DNA of 64,000 bases. Source: Planctomycetota bacterium. GTDB taxonomy: Bacteria; Planctomycetota; Phycisphaerae; WQYP01. The notes below the pieces were generated by a model. It worked only from the letters and a program-made list of their open reading frames with translations, was not told the DNA's origin and did not search any database. Positions within the stretch are counted from its first letter, which is position 1. The number at the start of each line of letters is the position of its first letter. Positions 38,519 through 47,465 of the stretch are shown in pieces. Both the position numbers and the translations under genes were made by a program. Where the stretch lies: contig JAJZNX010000127.1 in NCBI GenBank assembly GCA_021852275.1, positions 9,423 through 73,422 on the forward strand, in the 5' to 3' direction.

Positions 38519-39214
38519 GTGCGTCTGTCGGCGTCGATGGAACGCCTTTTGCGGCTTCTGGTTGAAACGAGATATCTGTTGCGACTGATTGTGACCATGA
38601 CCGCTTTCGTGTGTGCCTGCGTGCTGGCTGTTTATTGGGGCACCGTGGTGGTAAAAGCCCGGCGGTTGGCCCGTAAAATAGGGAAAGATCCGAATGTGAT
38701 TCCCCGCGAATTGGTGGGCCGCTGGATGCGATTGATCTGGGCTCCCACCGTGGTGGCTTGGTGTGTGCAGCCGTGGTTGGCGGGTTTGGGCTTGGGCCGG
38801 AAAACGTTTTGGTTGCGCAGGCTGATAAATCCGGCGCAGCCAGCAGCGGTGCCGGGGGCGATCATAGGCAGCCTGTTGGCTGTTGTGGCTTTAATTTTAA
38901 CCATGATCTGCTGGCGGCGCATGGGGCTATCCTGGCGCATCGGAATCGACCCCGGCGAGCGCACTGAATTGGTTGTCCAGGGGCCATATCGGCTGGTCCG
39001 GCATCCCATTTATGCGTTGTCCATTTTGTTGATGCTGGGGGTGGTGCTCGCCATTCCGACACCTCTGATGCTGGTAACCGCCGGTATTCACATTCTCATG
39101 CTGCAAATAGAGGCACGTCGTGAAGAAACTTACCTGCTGAAAATTCATGGGCCGCAGTATAGCCGCTATCGGGATACGGTAGGACGGTTTATCCCTCGAT
39201 TTCGGGTACAGTAG
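38519..39214 (+). CDS. Isoprenylcysteine carboxyl methyltransferase (ICMT)/phospholipid methyltransferase family membrane protein
   Basis: GPYRLVRHPIYALSILLMLG plus EEXXL (REETYLL) C-terminal motifs of the ICMT/PEMT family, with 4-5 TM helices. It starts 2 nt after the upstream gene. Confidence 0.8.
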   Translation: MRLSASMERLLRLLVETRYLLRLIVTMTAFVCACVLAVYWGTVVVKARRLARKIGKDPNVIPRELVGRWMRLIWAPTVVAWCVQPWLAGLGLGRKTFWLRRLINPAQPAAVPGAIIGSLLAVVALILTMICWRRMGLSWRIGIDPGERTELVVQGPYRLVRHPIYALSILLMLGVVLAIPTPLMLVTAGIHILMLQIEARREETYLLKIHGPQYSRYRDTVGRFIPRFRVQ

Positions 39215-39286
39215 TGGTTGTAATACCGGCCGACATCGGGGTAGCGTGCCCTTGAACCTGTTGGTGCAGCATGATGATGGGACAGC

Positions 39287-40642
39287 GTGTCTGTAAAAAA
39301 TACAATTGAACCACAGCTAGCACCCGCCGGATTGCTGCCGCTGGCAGGGCCGATTGAGCTTAACGCGTTTCAACTGTTGATGCGCGACTGGACGCAATTG
39401 GGGCCATATAATGCCGGTCAGGCCCTGTGCGTGGCAGGCGTGCCGGATCCGTCGCGCTGGCAGACCGCGGTTCAGGATGTGATGTCGGCCTTGCGGCTGG
39501 GGAGGCCGCAGGTTGAAGGCTCGCGGGCTTTTTTTTATCCGGTGGAAGTTATTCAAGTTCCGGTGATCACCGATGCCACGCTTGAATCGCTGGCTGGTCA
39601 ACAGATGAACCTGCCATTTTCGGAAAATGATTTTCCGATTCGTTTTTTTATAATCACCGCACCGGAACGCCATTGGTTGCTCGTGATCTATAACCATTGG
39701 ATTGCCGACAGTTTCGCGATGCGCTGCGTGATGCGCAATATTTTTGACCGATACCGCAATCCGGGTGCGATTCCGGCACCACTGACACTGGCCGCTCCCG
39801 ACTTCCACAGTTTGTTTGGGCGCTACCTGGGGCGATTTCCGCTGCTGACCAGAATACGTATGAGTTCGGCCAATTCCCTGCGGCATCTGCAGGCGTATCG
39901 GCTTAATATTGCGGATCCGCTGGATTTTCATTCGGTGGTGTCTTTGCATCAATTGCCCGACGGCCTGGTGGATAATTTGCGGCATCAGACCAGGATTTTG
40001 CACTGTACCGTTAATGATCTGTTCCTGACGGCGCTGGCCTGGGCCTGCGGCCGGCTGACCGCCGCCGATCGTTATCGTCCGCGTCGGCGGCACAGTCGTA
40101 AGAAAATCGCGTTGGGTACTATTGTGGATATTCGACATAGCGCCAGCCGCACTTTGCATGACGTTTTCGGACTGTACCTGAGTTGCTGCACGATGCTGGT
40201 GGCCAGGCCGGAAACACGCCAGCTCCATGAGTTGGCGCGATCCATTGGCAGCCACTCGCGCTGGATTAAACAGACCGACCAGGCGGTACGCCGCTTTGGC
40301 ACGCTTAAAACCGCCCACATCTGGTATCATTTGCTGGGAGATCCTCTGCATCAGGCGGGCTTTTTTCAGAAGGCCAGTCCTACCATCGCCGGCATTTCCA
40401 ACGTCAACCTGACGGGAGATTGGATGGACCAGAACCAGGTTGACTCGGCCCATGGTCCCCAGGTGCTGGACTATATCCGCATTTCTCCAACCGGGCCGCT
40501 GCTGCCGATGGTTTTTACGCTGACCACGATTCGCCGGCGGTTATCATTAAGCGTGACATATCGGACTACGGCGCTAAAACAGGAGGCGATGGACACCGTG
40601 ATTGCCGATTTTCGTGCGGCCCTGACGGAGTTGGCCCAATGA
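39287..40642 (+). CDS. Stand-alone condensation-domain-like (HxxxD) acyltransferase
   Basis: ~450 aa, the size of an NRPS C domain or PapA/WS-DGAT enzyme. Candidate catalytic motif NHWIADSF (compare HHxxxDG). No adjoining A or T domains. Confidence 0.55.
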   Translation: MSVKNTIEPQLAPAGLLPLAGPIELNAFQLLMRDWTQLGPYNAGQALCVAGVPDPSRWQTAVQDVMSALRLGRPQVEGSRAFFYPVEVIQVPVITDATLESLAGQQMNLPFSENDFPIRFFIITAPERHWLLVIYNHWIADSFAMRCVMRNIFDRYRNPGAIPAPLTLAAPDFHSLFGRYLGRFPLLTRIRMSSANSLRHLQAYRLNIADPLDFHSVVSLHQLPDGLVDNLRHQTRILHCTVNDLFLTALAWACGRLTAADRYRPRRRHSRKKIALGTIVDIRHSASRTLHDVFGLYLSCCTMLVARPETRQLHELARSIGSHSRWIKQTDQAVRRFGTLKTAHIWYHLLGDPLHQAGFFQKASPTIAGISNVNLTGDWMDQNQVDSAHGPQVLDYIRISPTGPLLPMVFTLTTIRRRLSLSVTYRTTALKQEAMDTVIADFRAALTELAQ

Positions 40643-41448
40643 GCCTGCGTGGATCGTTAGCGCACACGGCGATTCGCCGGGTCCATCGCCATGTTTTGCG
40701 ACCTGTTGCCGAAACTCTCTTTCCACCGAATTGCTGGCTGACCCGTCGGGCGACCACCTGGAATGAAGGTGGGCTAAGTCTTGCCGTACGTGAGAGCATC
40801 GCCTCCGCCATGGCCCGGCCTTATTGCGGCCGCTGTGGTGCCACACAGGGACCATGGTCACTTTCGCAAGCTGGATGTCAGCGTTGTTCCCACCGAAACC
40901 TGGGCGTAGCCACCATTGCCCGCGCCGGCACGTTTGCGCCGCCGTTCTCGCCGCTGCTGTATCGGCTGAAATTCGGCCGGCACTGGCAGATTGCTTCGTT
41001 GCTGGCGGTGCCGTTATGGCAGGCCATGCAGCGCCAGGCCGCACAGTGTAACTTGTCGATAGATGCCATTATTCCCATACCGTTGCATTGGAAGCGCAAT
41101 TTTACGCGCGGGTTTAACCAGGCGGAAGAACTGGGCTGGCACCTGAGCCGGCTTTCCGGTGTGCCCATGCACCGCGCCTTGATTCGAATTCGCCAAACCT
41201 CGCCACAGGCCAAAACCAGCTCCAGGAGCGCACGGCAGGAGAATTTAAAGGGGGCATTTACGGTCCGCCGGGGCTACGGATTTCATGGGGCTACCGTCTG
41301 GCTGATCGATGATATATGTACCACCGGGGCGACGTTGCATGCCGCAGCCACGGCCTTGTCGCGTTTGTCAAGCCATGAGCGCCCGGCGCACATCTGCGCC
41401 GCCGTCGTGGCTGTTACCGACCATACGCCGCCGCCGCTGAAACAATAA
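40639..41448 (+). CDS. ComF family protein (phosphoribosyltransferase-fold, ComFC-like)
   Basis: N-terminal Cys pairs (CGRCG ... CQRC) and the PRTase motif VWLIDDICTTGATL. A 4-nt overlap joins it to the upstream gene. Confidence 0.85.
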   Translation: MSLRGSLAHTAIRRVHRHVLRPVAETLFPPNCWLTRRATTWNEGGLSLAVRESIASAMARPYCGRCGATQGPWSLSQAGCQRCSHRNLGVATIARAGTFAPPFSPLLYRLKFGRHWQIASLLAVPLWQAMQRQAAQCNLSIDAIIPIPLHWKRNFTRGFNQAEELGWHLSRLSGVPMHRALIRIRQTSPQAKTSSRSARQENLKGAFTVRRGYGFHGATVWLIDDICTTGATLHAAATALSRLSSHERPAHICAAVVAVTDHTPPPLKQ

Positions 41449-41456
41449 AGTGTATT

Positions 41457-44150
41457 ATGCCGCCGAGAATGCAACCGCTGCCGATTGAACCATATCTACC
41501 AGAGATTGCAGCAGTGCTGCGTTCCTACACGTCGCTGGTGCTGGTGGCGGAGCCGGGCGCTGGGAAAACCACCCGTGTACCGCCGGCCATTATTCGTTCC
41601 GGCTTGCTGCCCGCGGGTTCGTCCAAGCTGGTGCTGCTTCAGCCGCGGCGGGTAGCTGCGCGGGCGATTGCGGGCCGGGTGGCACAGGAGAATCAGTGGC
41701 AGGTGGGAGAGCAGGTGGGGTACCAGATGCGGCTGGAAAGCAATATCCGCCCGCACACGCCTCTGCGTGTATTGACCGAAGGAGTGCTGACGAGGCTGCT
41801 GCTGGAAAATCCATTTCTGGATGGCATCGGCATCGTGATGCTCGATGAGTTTCATCAGCGCAGTGTACACGCGGATTTGGCATTGGCGATGCTCCGGAAA
41901 ATTCAGCAGACAGTGCGGCCGGATCTGCGTGTGGTGGTGATGTCTGCGACATTGGCGGCTGAGCCGGTGGCGGCATTTCTGGGAAATTGTCCCATCATCA
42001 ATATTCCAGGCCGGGCGTTTCCGGTCAACATAAGCCATCGGCCGCCTGGCGATGTGCCGCTGGAAACCCACCTGGCAACCGTGATTGAACAAACGCTTGA
42101 ACGGTGCGTTGCCGGACCGGCGGCAATGGACCCGGATAGCGGGGAAGAACCCGGCGATATTCTGGTGTTCTTGCCGGGCGTGGGAGAAATTCAACGCTGT
42201 CAAACCGCATTGGCTCCGGTCGCCAGACGATGGAACCTGCTGGTACTGCCGCTGCACGGTTCGATGCCCATGGAAAATCAGATACGTGTGCTGGAGCGAG
42301 CCGACCGGCAAAAGGTTATCTTGGCCACCAATATCGCCGAAACGTCATTGACCATTGATGGCGTGCGGACGGTGATTGATTCCGGGCTGATGCGTCAGGC
42401 GGAGTACGATCCGGGCCGGGGTATGGACAGGTTGGAAAAAAAACGCATCAGCCGGGCTTCTGCAGAGCAGCGTGCCGGACGGGCCGGCCGCACCGCTGCC
42501 GGAACTTGTGTACGCTTGTGGTCGCTGTCGGAAGACCGCAGCTTGGCTGAGTTTGATGTGCCGGAAATAAAGCGTATCGATTTAAGTTCAACGTTGCTGT
42601 CTGTATACACTTGGGATTCGTGTGATCCGGATAAGTTTGAATGGTTTGAGCGGCCGCCGGAGCCGGCACTGGTTGGGGCGCGGCGGCATCTGGCGATGCT
42701 GGGGGCGCTGGCCACCGCACCGGAGCGGGGCCTTTCCCCTTTGGGGCGCATGTTGGCGCAGTTGCCGGTGCATCCGCGGCTGGGCAGAATGCTGGTAGCG
42801 GCAGGACCGTCGGGGCTATGGGACGAGGCAAGTTTGCTGGCAGCCCTGATTTCGGAGAAGGATATCCTGACGTGGCAACGTAGCGGGGCAGTGGCGAAAA
42901 TCTCTGCGGAATCTGATGTGCTGCACCGTATGGAGATTTTTGAAAATATACGAGCCGGTGGATTTGCCAGCGGCGGGTCATCGGCCGGAGTGGATATGGC
43001 CGCGGTAGTGCATGTGGACCGGGTGCGTAAAGATATTTTCAGGATCGGACGCGACGTTGTCTGGAAGGATTTACCTGCCGGACGAAAGCCGGCTCTCACC
43101 GGGGCGGATCGTGAGCAGTCGCTGCTGAAATTATTGCTGGCGGCGTATCCGGATCGTGTGTGTCGCAGGCGCGGCGACGATCATCAGCGAGCGCTGATGG
43201 TGGGTGGCAAAGGCGTGCGGCTGGCGGCGGGCAGCGCGGTGCAGCATCCGGAATTTTTCCTGGCCATTGACATTCAGAACGATTCTCGAAACTCCCGCGG
43301 CGAAGCGGTGGTAGTCTGGGCCAGCGGCATTGAAGCCGCGTGGCTGATGGAAATGTTTCCACAGGCCGTGGTGCAGAGTCAGGCGGTGGAGTGGGATTCC
43401 ACAGCGCAGCGTGTGGTGGCATTGCGCCGTTGGGTGTATCACGATTTGATCTTGCGGGAGAGTCGGACCGGCGCTCCCGATCCAGTGGTCGCTGCGGGCA
43501 TGCTGGCGGAAAAGGCGCTGCCGGAAATGCGGGAAATTGTGGCTGCCGATGCGGGCGCTCGACAGGTGCTGGCTCGCATGGCACTTTTGCGCCAGGCCAT
43601 GCCGGAATTGGATATTCCGGAGATTACACCGGAAGTCTTCGCCGAGATTCTCCTCCAGGCGTGTGCAGGAAAGCGGAGTAAAGCCGAGTTGCAGCAGGAA
43701 CACTGGCGCGAGTGGATATGGAATATGCTTGCGTATCCGGTACGCCGGGCGCTGGATCTTCACGCTCCGCAAACCATCACCTTGCCCGGCGGACGTCCGG
43801 CGACACTGGAATACTCGGCGGATGGTCCGCCCACGCTGGCGGTGCGGGTGCAGGATATGTTCGGCTGTACTCAAACGCCGCGAATTGCGGACGGCCGGGT
43901 TCCGGTGCAACTGCAACTGCTGGGACCGAATCATCGTCCCGTTCAGATCACCAATGACCTGGCAAGTTTCTGGAAACAGGGCTACTTTCTGGTGCGCAAG
44001 GACCTTCGTGCCCGCTATCCAAAGCACGCCTGGCCGGAAGATCCGGCCGCCGCCTTGCCACCGATGGCGGGACGGCATCGCAGGCCCCGGCGAAAACATA
44101 CCCAAGTGGAGATCTTGCGCATATCATGGTTAGGGACCGCGCAAAAATAA
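41457..44150 (+). CDS. hrpB: ATP-dependent RNA helicase HrpB (DEAH-box); last 7 codons and stop lie in a repeat element
   Basis: AEPGAGKTTRVP, DEFHQRS, and SATL motifs. The HrpB-specific C-terminal block VQITNDLASFWKQGYFLVRKDLRARYPKHAWPEDP is present. The final WLGTAQK-stop is encoded by repeat copy 1. Confidence 0.92.
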   Translation: MPPRMQPLPIEPYLPEIAAVLRSYTSLVLVAEPGAGKTTRVPPAIIRSGLLPAGSSKLVLLQPRRVAARAIAGRVAQENQWQVGEQVGYQMRLESNIRPHTPLRVLTEGVLTRLLLENPFLDGIGIVMLDEFHQRSVHADLALAMLRKIQQTVRPDLRVVVMSATLAAEPVAAFLGNCPIINIPGRAFPVNISHRPPGDVPLETHLATVIEQTLERCVAGPAAMDPDSGEEPGDILVFLPGVGEIQRCQTALAPVARRWNLLVLPLHGSMPMENQIRVLERADRQKVILATNIAETSLTIDGVRTVIDSGLMRQAEYDPGRGMDRLEKKRISRASAEQRAGRAGRTAAGTCVRLWSLSEDRSLAEFDVPEIKRIDLSSTLLSVYTWDSCDPDKFEWFERPPEPALVGARRHLAMLGALATAPERGLSPLGRMLAQLPVHPRLGRMLVAAGPSGLWDEASLLAALISEKDILTWQRSGAVAKISAESDVLHRMEIFENIRAGGFASGGSSAGVDMAAVVHVDRVRKDIFRIGRDVVWKDLPAGRKPALTGADREQSLLKLLLAAYPDRVCRRRGDDHQRALMVGGKGVRLAAGSAVQHPEFFLAIDIQNDSRNSRGEAVVVWASGIEAAWLMEMFPQAVVQSQAVEWDSTAQRVVALRRWVYHDLILRESRTGAPDPVVAAGMLAEKALPEMREIVAADAGARQVLARMALLRQAMPELDIPEITPEVFAEILLQACAGKRSKAELQQEHWREWIWNMLAYPVRRALDLHAPQTITLPGGRPATLEYSADGPPTLAVRVQDMFGCTQTPRIADGRVPVQLQLLGPNHRPVQITNDLASFWKQGYFLVRKDLRARYPKHAWPEDPAAALPPMAGRHRRPRRKHTQVEILRISWLGTAQK

Positions 44151-44300
44151 ATTCGTGTTTTCCGGCGCAGAAATTTTGGCCGCCAGCGAGGCGTGAGTGA
44201 GGCGCATACCCCGGCAGTGGGTCTGAAACGAGCGAACAACGAAGCTGGAGGCCAAAAGGGCCAGCCGAAAAGTGCGAAGTTATTTTTGCCCGGTTCCTTA
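44128..44300 (+). repeat. Copy 1 of a ~173-nt long-hairpin repeat with terminal inverted repeats and TTA flanks (MITE/Correia-like)
   Basis: Left end TTA-GGGACCGCGCAAAAATAAATTCG. The reverse complement of the right end is TAA-GGAACCGGGCAAAAATAACTTCG. About 95 percent identical to copy 3 and more diverged from copy 2. Nearly the whole element folds back on itself. Confidence 0.8.
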
Positions 44301-44341
44301 GCGGCTGTGAATGGATTGTCCATCATCAGGAGTAACAGATC

Positions 44342-45331
44342 ATGCAGGCGTGGCTTTTGGAAAAACTTGGATCGCTGGACAACATGCATTTGGGCGAAGC
44401 GGCGGATCCGGTGGCAGGTCGTCATGATGTGGTCATGGAAATGGCTCTGGCCGCACTGAACCCTGCTGATCGGTATTTGGCACAGGGGCAGTATCCGGCG
44501 CGACCGGAATTGCCGCATATTCTCGGCCGCGACGGTGTGGGGCGCATTGTCAGTGTCGGGCCGGAGGTTAAAACCTGGAAAGTGGGTGATCAGGCGTTGA
44601 TTTTGCGTGGACCGACAGGTGTGGAGCGGGCGGGAACGTTTGCCCGTCTGGCGGCGGTGCCGGCGGATTCACTGGCGGAAATTCCGCATGGGTGGTCGCT
44701 GGAGCAGGCCGCGGGAGCCAGCCTGGTATATTTGACTGCGTATCAGGCCTTAACTCAATGGGATGATCTTAAACCGGGACAGGTGTTGATTACCGGCGCA
44801 TCCGGTGGCGTGGGAGTAGCGGCGGTGCAATTGGCCAAGGCTTTGGGCCACACCGTGGCGGTGCTTTCGCGCAGTGTGGAAAAGCAGAAAAAGTTGCTGG
44901 AGATCGGTGCGGATATTGCCTTATGCGCCCAAGACACGCAGTGGCGCAAGAAGCTTTTTGAGGCTTTGGGCCAGCGCCGGGTGGATTTGGCCATTGACAA
45001 TATCGGTGGTCAGCTTTTTCCGGAGGTAATTGACACCCTGGGCATGTTCGGGCGAGTCAGTGTCGTGGGAAGACTGGCCGGGCCGGTACCGCAATTCAAT
45101 ACCGCAAGCCTGTTTTTCCGGCGAAATAAAGTTGGCGGCGTGGCCGTGGCCACCTACAGTGCGGAAGAATCACGCAGGGTCTGGGCGCACATAACGACCT
45201 TGCTCGGGGCAAGAAACGCCCGCCCGCTGGTGGACAGCGTGCATCCCTTTGAACAACTGCCGGCGGCATTCGCCCGGCTTGAGACCGGCCCCATGGGCAA
45301 AGTCTTGCTGCGTGTGGGCGGTACTTGCTGA
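44342..45331 (+). CDS. NADPH:quinone oxidoreductase / zinc-independent MDR-family alcohol dehydrogenase-like
   Basis: MDR superfamily pattern: N-terminal GroES-like part (ALNPADRYLAQGQYP) and Rossmann motif ITGASGGVGVAAVQLAKALG. Confidence 0.85.
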   Translation: MQAWLLEKLGSLDNMHLGEAADPVAGRHDVVMEMALAALNPADRYLAQGQYPARPELPHILGRDGVGRIVSVGPEVKTWKVGDQALILRGPTGVERAGTFARLAAVPADSLAEIPHGWSLEQAAGASLVYLTAYQALTQWDDLKPGQVLITGASGGVGVAAVQLAKALGHTVAVLSRSVEKQKKLLEIGADIALCAQDTQWRKKLFEALGQRRVDLAIDNIGGQLFPEVIDTLGMFGRVSVVGRLAGPVPQFNTASLFFRRNKVGGVAVATYSAEESRRVWAHITTLLGARNARPLVDSVHPFEQLPAAFARLETGPMGKVLLRVGGTC

Positions 45332-45334
45332 ACT

Positions 45335-46573
45335 TTACTCTATGGCTTCGTCCGGATGGGCCATGGTTTTGCGGCTGTACGTGCGACCAGACCAGATATT
45401 TCCGCCCGTGTAATAGTCCCGCACGGAAGCTCCCAGTATGACCAGGCAAAAAATGACAGCAGGTGAGAGTATGAACTCGGATCCGGGGGTGCCGTCCAGA
45501 AAGCGGCGCACCCGGCGCATGTGCACCAGCGCCAGCGCATTGGCCACCACCGCCAGCGTCAGGTTGACCCACGCCAGGGTGGCCGGCTTCAGCAACACCA
45601 GACTGGCCGCGACGACCGGATAAATGGGCAGCAGGGCGCCAACGAATAAAAATCCCAACGCCAGGGCCAGGGCGGCGAGCGGATTGTATTTCAGCCCGGC
45701 ATAGACATTTTTCTTGCCTCCGCGGAACGTATCCACCATGCCCTCATACATGCGGCCGAAGAGTAATTCCCGTGTGAGCACGGTAAAAACGCGAAATCCG
45801 CGGTTTTTAGCCCGGCCACCCAGGGCCAGGTCTTCAATCAATTGCCCTTTGATGGCTTCATGACCGCCAATGGCTTCATAGGCATGCCGGCGAAAAAGCA
45901 GGAACGCTCCGGCGGTGAGAATGGCCTTTGATGCAGGATTGTTGCTGCGATGCGGTGCAGCAAGCGTAAACATGGCGGTCATAGCTACCATTAAGAATCC
46001 CTGCTCCATGACGCTGTTGCCCTGTGGCCGAGGCAAAATGCTCAGCAGGTCCAGGTTGCGGTGCCGGACCAGCCGCATGGCCTGTTGCATGCATTGTGGA
46101 TGAAAATGTATGTCGGAATCAACAAACAGCAGATATTCGGTATCAGCCCATTGGCGGGCTTGATGGATGGCCCAGTTTTTACCCATCCAGCCGGGCGGTG
46201 GCGGCTGAGTATTGTGAAGAATGTGCAGATGCGGGAATTGGGCCGCCAGTTGCCCGGCGATCTTTGCGGTGTTATCGGTGCTTTGGTCATCAATGAATAT
46301 CACGCGAAAAATGGGATAGTCCTGTCGGCAAATGGACCCCAGCGTATCCAGAAGCACGTGACCTTCATTGCGGCCAGGAACAATAATAGTAACGCCCGGA
46401 AGGGGTAGTGATGAAACTGCCGGCGGCGGTTGATCTGGATGGAGGTCAAAGGTTTCCGGGGGTGTGTGGCTGTCATACATCAAACGATGCACGCGCCCCA
46501 GACCGCCCAAAATGGTGATGGTGATCCAGCACAGGAGTACCCCAACCAGAATAATAAGCAGGACTATATTCAT
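45335..46573 (-). CDS. Glycosyltransferase family 2, membrane-bound (HpnB-like?)
   Basis: VTIIVPGRNEGHVLLDTLGSICRQDYP...FIDDQSTDNT, GWMGKNWAI and the DSD motif (FVDSDIHF), plus C-terminal TM helices. The HpnB resemblance is from memory only. Confidence 0.8.
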   Translation of the reverse strand: MNIVLLIILVGVLLCWITITILGGLGRVHRLMYDSHTPPETFDLHPDQPPPAVSSLPLPGVTIIVPGRNEGHVLLDTLGSICRQDYPIFRVIFIDDQSTDNTAKIAGQLAAQFPHLHILHNTQPPPPGWMGKNWAIHQARQWADTEYLLFVDSDIHFHPQCMQQAMRLVRHRNLDLLSILPRPQGNSVMEQGFLMVAMTAMFTLAAPHRSNNPASKAILTAGAFLLFRRHAYEAIGGHEAIKGQLIEDLALGGRAKNRGFRVFTVLTRELLFGRMYEGMVDTFRGGKKNVYAGLKYNPLAALALALGFLFVGALLPIYPVVAASLVLLKPATLAWVNLTLAVVANALALVHMRRVRRFLDGTPGSEFILSPAVIFCLVILGASVRDYYTGGNIWSGRTYSRKTMAHPDEAIE

Positions 46574-46635
46574 ACGTGCATTACTCGAATATCCCGAAAA
46601 CCATGAACGGCATGACCTATGATGTGCGTATGGCT

Positions 46636-47430
46636 TCAGAGGCGGTGAAGAGCTTTCAGGTCTTCGGCATTAGCCCGGCCTTCGATGAAATGACGCAAAT
46701 CTTCATTCTCCATGGTTTTGATCTGCTCCGGTGTGCCTTGGGCTATGATTTTGCCGTTCAGCAGCATCACAATCTGATCTGCCACCTTGAAAGCGCTGGC
46801 CATGTCATGGGTTACCACAATGCCGGTTACCTTGAGTTCTTCCTTAAGCTTCAAAATTAATTCATTGATAACGTCGGCGCGAATGGGGTCCAGACCGGTG
46901 GTGGGTTCATCATAAAGCACTACTTCCGGATCCATGGCAATGGCCCGGGCCAGAGCCACACGCTTTTTCTGGCCGCCGGAGAGATCGCCGGGCATTTTTT
47001 TTTCACTGCCGCTTAACCCCACCACCGCCAGTTTTTCACCGATAATCCGTTGAATATCTCTTTCAGAGTTCAGGCCCTGATGCCGCAGCGGAAAAGCGAT
47101 ATTTTCGCCCACACTCATGGAATCAAACAGTGCTCCCATTTGAAACAGAAAACCAATGCGTTTACGAATAGGTTCGAGTTGCCGTTCGCTAAGCTCATTG
47201 ATGCAGTGCTGATGGAAATAAACGCTGCCTTGATCCGGCTGCAGCAGCCCCACAATATGCTTGAGCAATACTGATTTTCCTGCGCCCGATGGACCGATGA
47301 TCACAGTGGTGCGGTCCGCGGGAATTGCCAGACTCAGCCCGTCAAGTACCACCAGCGATCCGAAACGCTTATGGACATCGGCGAAGCGAATGATGACTTG
47401 ATCGGACATATCGGTGGGGGGCTGTATCAT
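46636..47430 (-). CDS. mlaF: MlaF-like ABC transporter ATP-binding protein
   Basis: Walker A GPSGAGKSVLL, signature LSGGQKKRVALARA and Walker B VVLYDEPTTGLDP. It lies directly downstream of the MlaE-type permease. The start could be ATG 47430 or 47409. Confidence 0.8.
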   Translation of the reverse strand: MIQPPTDMSDQVIIRFADVHKRFGSLVVLDGLSLAIPADRTTVIIGPSGAGKSVLLKHIVGLLQPDQGSVYFHQHCINELSERQLEPIRKRIGFLFQMGALFDSMSVGENIAFPLRHQGLNSERDIQRIIGEKLAVVGLSGSEKKMPGDLSGGQKKRVALARAIAMDPEVVLYDEPTTGLDPIRADVINELILKLKEELKVTGIVVTHDMASAFKVADQIVMLLNGKIIAQGTPEQIKTMENEDLRHFIEGRANAEDLKALHRL

Positions 47431-47465
47431 AGTATTCTGCAGTCTCCTGCTTGTACGTTGCAGGA

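Noticed and set aside
44193-44459. A plus-strand small ORF starts inside the repeat (MSEAHTPAVGLKRANNEAGGQKGQP..., also at 62211).
   Set aside because: In copy 2 the same frame hits a stop after 11 codons (VSDAHTLPMGL-stop). In copies 1 and 3 the ORF ends at unrelated positions outside the element, so it is not a conserved coding sequence.
44015-44518. A minus-strand reading frame stays open through the entire repeat in all three copies (peptide ...NNFALFGWPFWPPASLFARFRPTAGVCASLTPRWRPKFLRRKTRIYFCAVP...), which suggests an encoded peptide.
   Set aside because: Of the six substitution events (8 nt) between copies 1 and 3, four change the amino acid (F>S, F>S, W>Q, R>P) and two are synonymous, so there is no sign of purifying selection. 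There is no conserved start or stop, because the frames run into antisense flanking genes. An open frame of ~57 codons in related GC-rich copies is not surprising.
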